Assembly (NCBI GenBank): GCA_045643285.1
Contig: JAZUKN010000102.1
Location: 109,996-173,995, forward strand
DNA: 64,000 bases
Source: Eubacteriales bacterium
GTDB lineage: Bacteria; Bacillota; Clostridia; Oscillospirales; CAG-272
Direction: 5' to 3'
The position numbers and the translations under genes are program-made. How positions within the stretch are numbered: position 1 is the stretch's first letter; each line of letters opens with the position of its first letter. Positions 55,709 through 64,000 of the stretch are shown here, piece after piece. Below the pieces are notes generated by a model that was not told the DNA's origin, did no database searches, and worked only from the letters and a program-made list of their open reading frames with translations.

Positions 55709-57310
55709 TTATCTTTGGATTTTTTCGATTATTCTGTCTATTGATAATCCGTATTTTTCGGCGATGTCGCGTGCGTAGCTCTTGCCGTCCGGTGCTTCTC
55801 TGAGTATTCTGAACGAGCGCGAGCCTTTTTCAATCGCCGCAACGAGATTGTCGATTTTTACGCCGCCTTTCGGGACGCAGGTTTCGTTTATCGAGTCGAC
55901 ACGCGCCGCAAGATCGTGCAGGTGAGTGGAGAATATGCCGCGGCATTTCACAAGCGAGAAGCCCTCGAGCACCTCGGACGCGATATAAGCGCCCTCGAAT
56001 GATCCTGTGGACGACAGTGATTCGTCGAGCAGAACGAGCGAGTTTTCAGTTACATTTTCAAATATCTCCGAGAGACGGGAGCATTCCTCACCGAGTCTGC
56101 CTTTGTCGATAGTGTCTTCGCTGCCTGTCGGGAAGTGGGTAAAGATCGCGTCGGCAGGGCTGATCTCGCACGACTCAGCACAAACGGGAAGACCAAGCTC
56201 GGCCATAACGAACGCAAGTCCGACGGCGCAGGTGATGACGGATTTTCCGCCTCTGTTTGGTCCCGTGAGGACGTAGATCATACCGTTTTCGTCGAACGAA
56301 AAATCGTTCGGAACGATCTCCGTGTCGATTTTCAGCGCGACTACGGGATTCCACAGACCTTTTGCAGTGAACGCTTTCTCACTCTGTTTTTTCAGTGTCG
56401 GATTGACGAGCGGACAGCCTTTTTCTCGCAGAGTGCGGAGCATTTCCGTCGCTTTTGAGACAAATTCTATCTCCGGGATCATGCGGATCAAGAAGTCCGT
56501 GTTTTCGAGAACGTAGTGCTGTACTACTTTTTTCCACGAATGGATATTTTGCTTGAAAACGTCGTTTATCGCACCGTCAAAGGCGTTCGAGAGAGCTATT
56601 TCGGTGTTTTCCGACTGACCTTTACCGAAAGGAACGAGAGGAGCTATGCACGTCATTTCGTCGTTTCTGAAGTCGAGACGGAGTATCTTGTCGAGAAGCT
56701 CACCGGATTTGAACGGCTCGTTGTTGATCGAAAGAACACCGGCTTTTTCAGCGCGGAGAGTTCTGTCGAGATTAACGCCGATCGTCACGCTTTTGATCTC
56801 TCTGACGCGCGAAGTCAGCTCTTCGAGACGCTCGTTGATGTTTTTGTAATACTCACTCTCGGTCAGTGTTGTGATCCGTTCTTCAAAAGCACGGAACGCA
56901 CGGCTATTGAGATTGTCCCTGAGCGGCTCAAGTCCGTTTTTCAGATCGGCGAGGAGGGAAGTATAAAGCTCGACTTCGGTGATGCTGTACAAATATCCGT
57001 CTGCCGACATCGCGGAATCGCTTCCGAGCTTTCTCAATTCAGTTATATCTCCGAGAACGGGGATCATTTTCGTGAGAATATCGGAAAGTGACGGATTTTC
57101 AAGCATATCCGCGAACATTTCCTGCCTGTAGAGAAGCACGTCTTCGTCGGACGAGAAGAACTGCGACGCTTCCGATTCGTTCATGTCGATAAGACGTGAC
57201 AGCTCAAGCTGTTCGGCTGATGCTTCGGAAAGATGCGCGGACTGTTTTCTTTCAGCCTCCGACGGATTCGGGTAAAGAAGACTTATATCCGGAAATTCGG
57301 TTTTTTCCAT
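55709..57310 (-). CDS. MutS-related ATPase (MutS domain V only)
   Basis: Motifs GPNRGGKSV, LLDESLSSTG and STHLHDL. There is no mismatch-binding domain and no Smr domain. The ATG at 57310 (SD AAGGAA) is preferred over the GTG at 57337. Confidence 0.75.
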   Translation of the reverse strand: MEKTEFPDISLLYPNPSEAERKQSAHLSEASAEQLELSRLIDMNESEASQFFSSDEDVLLYRQEMFADMLENPSLSDILTKMIPVLGDITELRKLGSDSAMSADGYLYSITEVELYTSLLADLKNGLEPLRDNLNSRAFRAFEERITTLTESEYYKNINERLEELTSRVREIKSVTIGVNLDRTLRAEKAGVLSINNEPFKSGELLDKILRLDFRNDEMTCIAPLVPFGKGQSENTEIALSNAFDGAINDVFKQNIHSWKKVVQHYVLENTDFLIRMIPEIEFVSKATEMLRTLREKGCPLVNPTLKKQSEKAFTAKGLWNPVVALKIDTEIVPNDFSFDENGMIYVLTGPNRGGKSVITCAVGLAFVMAELGLPVCAESCEISPADAIFTHFPTGSEDTIDKGRLGEECSRLSEIFENVTENSLVLLDESLSSTGSFEGAYIASEVLEGFSLVKCRGIFSTHLHDLAARVDSINETCVPKGGVKIDNLVAAIEKGSRSFRILREAPDGKSYARDIAEKYGLSIDRIIEKIQR

Positions 57311-57327
57311 ATTGTGTTCCTTATAAC

Positions 57328-58983
57328 TTATTTGCACATGAACAGACGGTAAACCGTCAGTATAGACTGTTCTATCGTGTATGAGCCTTTCGGAGAGAAT
57401 TTGTTGTCGCCGACTCCACCCATAACGTTAGATTTCTCACTTGAAACAAGTGACGAGATGAATTTCACTCCGTCAGCCGCCCAGGATGAAACGGATGAAC
57501 CGTCGGCAAAGTTGATGCCGTCGCCGCCTGCTTTGATGCCGAGGAACTGTGCCGCACGGGTGAGCATCGTTGCCGCCTGTTCTCTTGTCAGTGTGCCGGC
57601 AGGAGAGAATTTTCCCTCTCCCGTGCCGTTGACGATACCGAGAGCTGCGGCGGCGAGAACGGACGGATTGTTTGTATCGGTGAACATACCGCTGTCAACG
57701 GTTTTTCCGGCTTTTGCGAGCAGATCGTTTACGTCCTTTGCTCCGGTGTATTTAACGAGCATATTCGTGACGAGCGTGCAGAACTGCTCACGTGTGATAG
57801 TATTGCGATAGTTCTTCTGGAGAGAAGCCGGAACGAGGGAATATTTAAGTGCTTTTGCGATCTCAGGCTGAGCCCAAGCTGACGGAGTATTTTCGGCGTC
57901 AGAATGAGGACGGTCAATTATCTCGTGTGTTGCCGAGATCTTTTCGTCGGTCGTATCGAAATACGAGGCAGTCATAGGTATCGTGGAGAACTGACCGTAT
58001 TCATAAATGTTGCCGGAGTCCCATGTCGGATCGAGTGTGATCCATCTGCCGTCGCAGTATGCGAAAACTATCGCGTGGTTAGCTTCGTGTCTCAGTCCGT
58101 CGAAAGTGTCGGCTGTGCCTATTGTAAGTGAATATGTCGTGCCGATCGTTGACGGGATTCCCTCAGAGCGGAGAAGAGCATTGAGAAGACGGCAGTAACC
58201 GTCACAGATAGAACGTCTTTCTCTGATAACATCGAGCGGATAATAGTAGATCGTCGCCGATCTGCCGTAAATATAATCGTTGTCGTAATATATATTTTCG
58301 GAAACCCAGTTGGAGAGCTTGCGTATTCTTTCGTAGGTGTTTGTTTCGTTTCCGATTATCGTGTCACCGAGGGCTTTGATCGTCTTGATTGTAGATCTAA
58401 GCTCGTTTTCGTACTCTTCTTTTGAAGTGTGTACGGCGAGAAGACGGTCATATGAGATAAAATACTGAGCTTCAAACGCAGACATCGTGGTTACGTCGTC
58501 CGGAATAAGACATTCGGCTGGATTGAGCCATTCGGAGAGTAGTTTTTTGTTGTTGTCGTATACAGAGGAGAGCTTGAAATAGTATCCCGACTGACCTTTG
58601 GCGATGTCAACCATATTGTAGATGTAGCTGATGAAGTTGCCGCCGGAGAAGTTCGTTTTGATGAAAACCTGTACAGGAACGAGAGAACCGTCGGCTACCT
58701 TCAGCGTTTCGGAGAACTGTTCGTTCTTTCCTTTGGTTATGATCTTGCTTGACGCGTCGAGAGATGCCGATGTCGTTGCGCGGATCCAGATCTGTTCAAG
58801 TCCTTCAATCGGAATACAACCCGAAACAGTAACGTCAGAGCCGTTTATCGTAAATTTCAGTGCTGTTTTTTCGTCATGTGACGTGACGAACGTTGTCGGT
58901 TCATTCGCCGCCGAGACGACAAGCGGAAGCGTGCAAAGAATCATTATCAGCGCGAGAATCAGAGAGAAGAGTCTTTTTTTCAT
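57328..58983 (-). CDS. secreted transglutaminase-like protein with C-terminal SLH domains
   Basis: Signal peptide, then the Cys-His-Asp core (RRSICDGYCRLL...HAIVFAY...LDPTW), then two SLH-like repeats (FTDTNNPS...TREQAATML and FADGSSVSSWA...). Confidence 0.75.
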   Translation of the reverse strand: MKKRLFSLILALIMILCTLPLVVSAANEPTTFVTSHDEKTALKFTINGSDVTVSGCIPIEGLEQIWIRATTSASLDASSKIITKGKNEQFSETLKVADGSLVPVQVFIKTNFSGGNFISYIYNMVDIAKGQSGYYFKLSSVYDNNKKLLSEWLNPAECLIPDDVTTMSAFEAQYFISYDRLLAVHTSKEEYENELRSTIKTIKALGDTIIGNETNTYERIRKLSNWVSENIYYDNDYIYGRSATIYYYPLDVIRERRSICDGYCRLLNALLRSEGIPSTIGTTYSLTIGTADTFDGLRHEANHAIVFAYCDGRWITLDPTWDSGNIYEYGQFSTIPMTASYFDTTDEKISATHEIIDRPHSDAENTPSAWAQPEIAKALKYSLVPASLQKNYRNTITREQFCTLVTNMLVKYTGAKDVNDLLAKAGKTVDSGMFTDTNNPSVLAAAALGIVNGTGEGKFSPAGTLTREQAATMLTRAAQFLGIKAGGDGINFADGSSVSSWAADGVKFISSLVSSEKSNVMGGVGDNKFSPKGSYTIEQSILTVYRLFMCK

Positions 58984-59182
58984 TTGGTTGTCCTTTCGAT
59001 TGAAAAGAAAATTTTTACTAATACATTATTATACACTACAAGTAATTAAAATGGAATAGTAATCCGCAAAAAAATCCCTGAAAAACAAAACATTTCATTA
59101 CTTTTCAGAAAATCTATTTACAAACAGAAGAAAAAAGAGTATATTTATGATGTGATTTAATATGTTAAATTAAGGTGCTTAT

Positions 59183-59533
59183 ATGAAAAAAACGGAAAAA
59201 ACGAAGAGAATGAACGCAGGATTGTTTCTCTCTATGTTTTTATTGAGTATTGTGCAGAAATTTTATCTGCTTATCCCGGGGATGGTGCTTTGTATTATTG
59301 GGATTTGGGTACCGAGCTGTGCAAAGATAGGGATTATTTTTATAGGTGTCGATATCGTTATTTCACTCGTTTGGATGTTATACGGCAAAAACATGATAGA
59401 AAACTCGGATTCAGAGCCGCTTGATACTATCCGTGACAGCTCCTTGAAAGGAATCGCCGAACATATTACTGACATAGTAGAAAACGAGCCGCCGTTCGCT
59501 CCCGACGAAAAAAACGGCGAAGACAATGACTGA
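59183..59533 (+). CDS. hypothetical small membrane protein
   Basis: 116 aa with two TM helices and an acidic tail. Confidence 0.45.
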   Translation: MKKTEKTKRMNAGLFLSMFLLSIVQKFYLLIPGMVLCIIGIWVPSCAKIGIIFIGVDIVISLVWMLYGKNMIENSDSEPLDTIRDSSLKGIAEHITDIVENEPPFAPDEKNGEDND

Positions 59534-59562
59534 CAGACAAAAAGAAAGCTTGTGAATCAACA

Positions 59563-60420
59563 ATGAGAAAACTACTTGTCTCTACCGGTACAATGGTCGG
59601 ACGGATCAACGGCTTCGACTATCGTACCGCACTCGACGAGCTGTCGCGGCTGTACGGGAACGGTCTTTGCGACGGGCTTGAGCTTATGATGCTCAATTTT
59701 TATTATGATAAGCAAGAGTCGGTCGTTTCGGCTGTTAAGGGATCAAAAGTACCTCCGCTTGTCATCCACTGCGAAAAGGACGTCGGGACGTTTCTTTCCG
59801 ATGCAGGAGCATATCTTGCTGAGGGAAAAAACGGAGATGCGCTTGAAGCACGGGAAAAAGCATTTGAATTTTTCGAGAAGAATTGCGTGTTTGCCGAAGA
59901 ACTCGGTATAGATCGCATGGTGCTTCATCTGTGGGGAGGACTCAATTCCGACAGACATATCGAATATAATATTTCCGCACTCGAAGAACTGTCAAAGATC
60001 GCGCACGGTCACGGTGTACGACTGCTTATCGAAAATATCCCGTCACAGCAGTACGATCCGCGAACGAATTGGCACTCGCTTCTGCCGCATCTCGGAGACA
60101 ACGGACTGATTTTCGACACCCGTTTCGGATGCCTCCACGCACAGTCAAAAGAGATACTTACTGATAAATCTTTGACTGACAGGATAGAGCATATCCACAT
60201 CAGCGATTTCGGCGGCGGATACAGGGAGTTTTCCGCTCTCCGTCCCATTCTTCACCCGGGTGAAGGTCATGTCGATTTTGAAGAAATTGCTTATCTGCTC
60301 GATTCTTTCGGTTACGACGGCACTGTAACGCTCGAATCTCCGGTGATCCGTGAAAACGGCATCGACCGCGAGAAACAGCGCAGAACTCTTGAATATTTAC
60401 ACGAATTATTCCACATCTGA
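59563..60420 (+). CDS. sugar phosphate isomerase/epimerase (xylose-isomerase-like TIM barrel)
   Basis: 285 aa with a pattern typical of the AP_endonuc_2 fold (LLIENIP, HISD). The SD is weak. Confidence 0.6.
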   Translation: MRKLLVSTGTMVGRINGFDYRTALDELSRLYGNGLCDGLELMMLNFYYDKQESVVSAVKGSKVPPLVIHCEKDVGTFLSDAGAYLAEGKNGDALEAREKAFEFFEKNCVFAEELGIDRMVLHLWGGLNSDRHIEYNISALEELSKIAHGHGVRLLIENIPSQQYDPRTNWHSLLPHLGDNGLIFDTRFGCLHAQSKEILTDKSLTDRIEHIHISDFGGGYREFSALRPILHPGEGHVDFEEIAYLLDSFGYDGTVTLESPVIRENGIDREKQRRTLEYLHELFHI

Positions 60421-60443
60421 GATAACATACAGGTAAAAAACAA

Positions 60444-61865
60444 ATGTCATTTTTCGCTAAACTCAAAAAGAAATACATAGGAACTCCCGAATTTTATAAA
60501 ATGCTTCTTGTTATTCTCGTGCCGCTTGTAATTCGGCAGGGAATAACGAATTTCGTCAGCCTGCTCGACAACGTCATGGTCGGACAGCTCGGCGACGCAC
60601 AGATGAGCGCAGTCTCGATCATAAATCAGCTTATCTTCATCTTCAACCTTGCGATTTTCGGCGGTCTGTCCGGAATCTCGATCTTCTCGACGCAGTATTT
60701 CGGAGCAGGTGACTGGAGGGGAATGTGTGACTCATTCCGCTTCAAGCTGTACTTTGTCTTTGCAACATCGGGTATTGCCGTGGCTGTACTGCTTCTTTTC
60801 GGCGAGCCGCTTGTTATGCTGTTTCTTGAAAGTGAAACGAATACGCCGGAAGAGGTCGCCGCTGTTCTCGGGTATGCGCTCGACTACCTAAAAATAGCGA
60901 TAATCGGTCTTCTTCCGTTTGCGCTCGTTCAGGCATACGGCGGAACGCTCTGCGAAACGGGAAAAACGAAAATGCCGATGTACGCGAGCTTGGCGGCTAT
61001 CGGCGTAAACCTTGTTTTCAACTACCTGCTTATCTACGGTAAATTCGGTTTTCCGGCACTCGGAGTACGCGGCGCGGCTATTGCCACTGTAATGTCACGT
61101 TTCGTTGAGCTTCTGTTCGTTCTCATAGCAACTCACGCGAACAGAAAAGAAAACCGCTTTGTCATCGGGCTTTTCTCAACGCCCAAAATCCCTCTTCAGC
61201 TTGTTAAAAGAGTATTCATCACCGGTATGCCGCTTATGATAAACGAAATTCTGTGGTCTACCGGCAAAACATTCATAAACCGTAGTTATTCTCTCCGCGG
61301 GATCGACGTTATAACCGCAACGAGCATTACAAATACCTCGTGGGATCTGTTTTGTATCATAATGTTTGCATTCGGTACGGCAATATCAATCATTATCGGG
61401 CAAAAGCTCGGTGAGGAAGACAGACAGGGAGCGATCGAGACCGTTCCGAAGCTGATGTTTGCGACGGTCGTATCTCAGGTCGTTTTGGGCGCCGCACTCG
61501 TGCTTTGCTCATCTCTTATTCCGTCGCTGTACAATACGAGCGACAGCGCGAGAGAGCTTGCCCGTTCGTTCCTCATTGTCTGCGGATGTATCCTGCCTAT
61601 TGAGGCGATCGTACATAACATCTATTTCGTCATCCGTTCGGGTGGAAAAACGTTTATCACATTCCTTTTCGATTCCGTATACGAATGGACGATACAGTGT
61701 ACACTGTCGTTCATTCTCTGTAAATTTACCGACCTCAATATCGTTCTGATATTTGCGATAGTAATGTGTTCGGGGTTCTTGAAGCTGACGTTCGGCTTAC
61801 CGATGCTTAAATCCGGCTTCTGGGCAAATACGCTGATCGGATTCAGAGAACACAAAGACAAGTAA
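60444..61865 (+). CDS. MATE family efflux transporter
   Basis: 473 aa with 12 TM helices. The N-terminal pattern PLVIRQGITNFVSLLDNVMVGQLG is typical of MATE. Confidence 0.85.
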   Translation: MSFFAKLKKKYIGTPEFYKMLLVILVPLVIRQGITNFVSLLDNVMVGQLGDAQMSAVSIINQLIFIFNLAIFGGLSGISIFSTQYFGAGDWRGMCDSFRFKLYFVFATSGIAVAVLLLFGEPLVMLFLESETNTPEEVAAVLGYALDYLKIAIIGLLPFALVQAYGGTLCETGKTKMPMYASLAAIGVNLVFNYLLIYGKFGFPALGVRGAAIATVMSRFVELLFVLIATHANRKENRFVIGLFSTPKIPLQLVKRVFITGMPLMINEILWSTGKTFINRSYSLRGIDVITATSITNTSWDLFCIIMFAFGTAISIIIGQKLGEEDRQGAIETVPKLMFATVVSQVVLGAALVLCSSLIPSLYNTSDSARELARSFLIVCGCILPIEAIVHNIYFVIRSGGKTFITFLFDSVYEWTIQCTLSFILCKFTDLNIVLIFAIVMCSGFLKLTFGLPMLKSGFWANTLIGFREHKDK

Positions 61866-61892
61866 AAAGTAATAGTGAAGAGGTAAGAAGTA

Positions 61893-62609
61893 ATGGAGCA
61901 GTATATCTCAAGAATATCGTTTGACGGCAAGCTCGATGAAAAATCTTATCTCAACGATCTTCCGATAATCAGATTTCTTTCAAAAAACATCATAGAATTC
62001 GATTCTCCTGTTACTTTTTTCGTCGGAGAAAACGGAACGGGAAAGTCAACGCTACTTGAAGCGATCGCTGTCGCGTACGGATTCAATGCGGAGGGAGGAA
62101 CGAAAAATTTCACTTTCTCTACGAAAAAAACTCATTCGGAACTGTGCGAACACATCACTCTTTCTAAAAAAGCGTTCCCGAAAGACGGTTTTTTCCTGCG
62201 CGCGGAAAGTATGTACAATGTTGCGACGCATATTGATGAAGTCGATGCGGTACGTTCATACGGCGGTGTATCTCTCCACGAGCAGTCTCACGGCGAGAGC
62301 TTTCTTGCCGTTGTACATAACCGATTCAAGGGACAAGGATTATATATCCTTGACGAGCCGGAAGCGGCACTGTCGCCGATGCGGATACTTGCACTTATGA
62401 AGGAAATGGACTGGCTCGTGAAGAACGGTTCGCAGTTTATAATCTCCACTCATTCACCGATCCTTATGACTTTTCCGGGCGCGAGAATATTCGAGCTGAC
62501 GACCGACGGAATAAATGAAGTGGACTACCGTGAAACGGAGCATTACAGAACGACAAAGGATTTCATCAATGATCCGGAACGTATGCTTCATTATTTGTTT
62601 AACACATAA
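61893..62609 (+). CDS. AAA/ABC-type ATPase, stand-alone (AAA_21/23-like)
   Basis: Walker A GENGTGKST, Walker B LYILDEPEAALS, and STHSP. Confidence 0.7.
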   Translation: MEQYISRISFDGKLDEKSYLNDLPIIRFLSKNIIEFDSPVTFFVGENGTGKSTLLEAIAVAYGFNAEGGTKNFTFSTKKTHSELCEHITLSKKAFPKDGFFLRAESMYNVATHIDEVDAVRSYGGVSLHEQSHGESFLAVVHNRFKGQGLYILDEPEAALSPMRILALMKEMDWLVKNGSQFIISTHSPILMTFPGARIFELTTDGINEVDYRETEHYRTTKDFINDPERMLHYLFNT

Positions 62610-62642
62610 AAAAAGATAAAAATATTCATCGGAGGAACAAAA

Positions 62643-64000
62643 ATGAATTTCAGACAGGTACATCTTGACTTCCACACGAGCGAAAAAATCGACGGGATCG
62701 GCTCGAATTTCTCAAAAGAGCAGTTTCAGGAGGCACTGAAGCTCGGTCACGTCAATTCGATAACGGTTTTCTCGAAATGCCACCATGGCTGGGCTTATCA
62801 TCCGTCGGAAGCTAACGAAATACACCCGGGACTTTCGTTCGATCTTCTCGGCGCGGAGATCGAAGCCGCACACGAGATCGGCGTAAAGACACCCGTTTAT
62901 CTTTCTGCAGGCTTTGACGAAAAGACCGCGCGACGCCATCCCGAATGGCTTCGCAGACCTACACCGGACGATAAAATCGACTGGGTAACGCCGCAGTTCC
63001 ATGAGCTGTGCATGAATACGCCGTATCTTGACTATCTTCTCGCGCAGGTCGAGGAAGTCGTGCAGAGATACGACTGCGACGGCATTTTCCTTGATATCGT
63101 CGGCGTTCGTACCTGCTACTGCCAGCACTGTGTAAAGACTCTGCTTGACGAAGGGAAAGACCCTTACGACGAAAAGAACGCCGCAGAACTCGGTGAAAGA
63201 GTATACCTCAACTATACTCGCAGAGTACGTCAGGCTATTGACAAATATAAGCCCGGTATTCCCGTGTTCCACAACGGCGGTCACATCAGAAAGGACAAGA
63301 GAGTCCTTGCTCACTGCGACAGTCACCTTGAACTTGAATCTCTTCCGACGGGCGGCTGGGGATACGATCATTTCCCGCTTTCTGCAGCATATGCAAGAAC
63401 GCTCGGTATGGATTTCCTCGGTATGACGGGTAAATTCCATACAACATGGGGCGAATTCGGCGGCTTCAAGCATCCGAACGCACTTCGCTATGAAGAAGCT
63501 CTTTGCGTTGCAAACGGTGCAAAATGTTCGATAGGCGACCAAATGCACCCGGACGGACACATGGATATGACGACATATTCGATGATCGGCAAGGCATACT
63601 CCGAAATCGAAGAAAGAGAACCGTGGCTCACGCAGGTCGAATCGGTCGCTGACATCGCACTGCTTTCCCAGGAAGCCGTCATGAACTACTTCGACGACGA
63701 CGCGGCGCGTACCTGCACATATTTCCGCGGAGACGTCGGTGCTGTCAGAATACTGCTTGAAGGGCATTTCCTCTTTGACGTAGTAGATACACAGGAGCAT
63801 CTTGACAACTATAAGCTCGTTATCATGCCCGATTCCGTTGAGCTTGACGACAAACTCACAGCGAAGCTGAAAGATTTCATCGCAAAAGGCGGTAAAGTTC
63901 TTGCGTCCGGCAAGAGCGGACTGAAGCGCGGTACTAACGAATTTGCACTTGATCTCGGATGTACATACAAAGGCGAGTGCGAATATTCTCCCGTTTACTT
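62643..64000 (+). CDS. GHL6-type putative glycoside hydrolase with GH42-like trimerisation region (3' end outside window)
   Basis: I translated it by hand from ATG 62643 (SD GGAGG). It stays open for all 452 codons to the window edge and starts MNFRQVHLDFHTSEKIDGIG. It is absent from the ORF track because it has no stop codon. Confidence 0.75.
   Translation, partial: MNFRQVHLDFHTSEKIDGIGSNFSKEQFQEALKLGHVNSITVFSKCHHGWAYHPSEANEIHPGLSFDLLGAEIEAAHEIGVKTPVYLSAGFDEKTARRHPEWLRRPTPDDKIDWVTPQFHELCMNTPYLDYLLAQVEEVVQRYDCDGIFLDIVGVRTCYCQHCVKTLLDEGKDPYDEKNAAELGERVYLNYTRRVRQAIDKYKPGIPVFHNGGHIRKDKRVLAHCDSHLELESLPTGGWGYDHFPLSAAYARTLGMDFLGMTGKFHTTWGEFGGFKHPNALRYEEALCVANGAKCSIGDQMHPDGHMDMTTYSMIGKAYSEIEEREPWLTQVESVADIALLSQEAVMNYFDDDAARTCTYFRGDVGAVRILLEGHFLFDVVDTQEHLDNYKLVIMPDSVELDDKLTAKLKDFIAKGGKVLASGKSGLKRGTNEFALDLGCTYKGECEYSPVY

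Noticed and set aside
62712-63800. 362-aa minus-strand ORF
   Set aside because: It is antisense to the GHL6-type CDS, which is open to the window edge and has a proper SD.

Overview
This is a 64-kb chromosomal window from a spore-forming, Clostridia-type Firmicute. My guess is an Oscillospiraceae/Ruminococcus-like organism, based on spoVAD/spoVAE and pdaA-like sporulation genes, a type-I dockerin protein and an SLH protein. I cannot verify that guess without a database search. The window is densely coding and mostly housekeeping. Recognisable genes include asnA, clpX-clpP-tig, thrC, rnhB, rbgA, lepB, mreB, rpsT, potABCD, obg, ppa, hisS-aspS, rpmB, a ribose-type sugar ABC transporter with a FGGY kinase, two ABC exporter genes, a MATE pump, tRNA-Leu(GAG) and tRNA-Trp(CCA). 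I found no CRISPR array, transposase, integrase or obvious defence island. The unexplained signal lies mainly in non-coding islands. (1) A complete tyrosine-specific (UAC) T-box leader drives an ANL-family acyl-CoA-ligase-like gene rather than a tRNA synthetase, biosynthetic or transporter gene. (2) A 124-nt highly structured element carrying a copy of the tRNA-Leu 3' end plus CCA sits between two terminators next to the real tRNA-Leu. (3) A self-contained promoter/structured-RNA/terminator unit lies between an XRE regulator and the ABC exporter pair. (4) A roughly 100-nt hairpin element followed by four CUUCACUU-plus-hairpin repeats lies downstream of tRNA-Trp. (5) A roughly 330-nt potABCD leader has three mutually exclusive helices, one of which abuts the Shine-Dalgarno sequence. 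There is also a compact envelope-glycoconjugate cluster: an orphan BlaI-type repressor, an O-antigen-ligase-like protein, two DUF4330-like proteins, a WecA/TagO-like transferase, an FkbM methyltransferase and an amidohydrolase. All protein calls come from motifs I recognise in the translated ORFs. No searches or folding programs were run. Several ORF-track starts were moved to internal ATGs that have a Shine-Dalgarno sequence. One real CDS (62643 to the right edge) is missing from the ORF track because it has no stop codon in the window.
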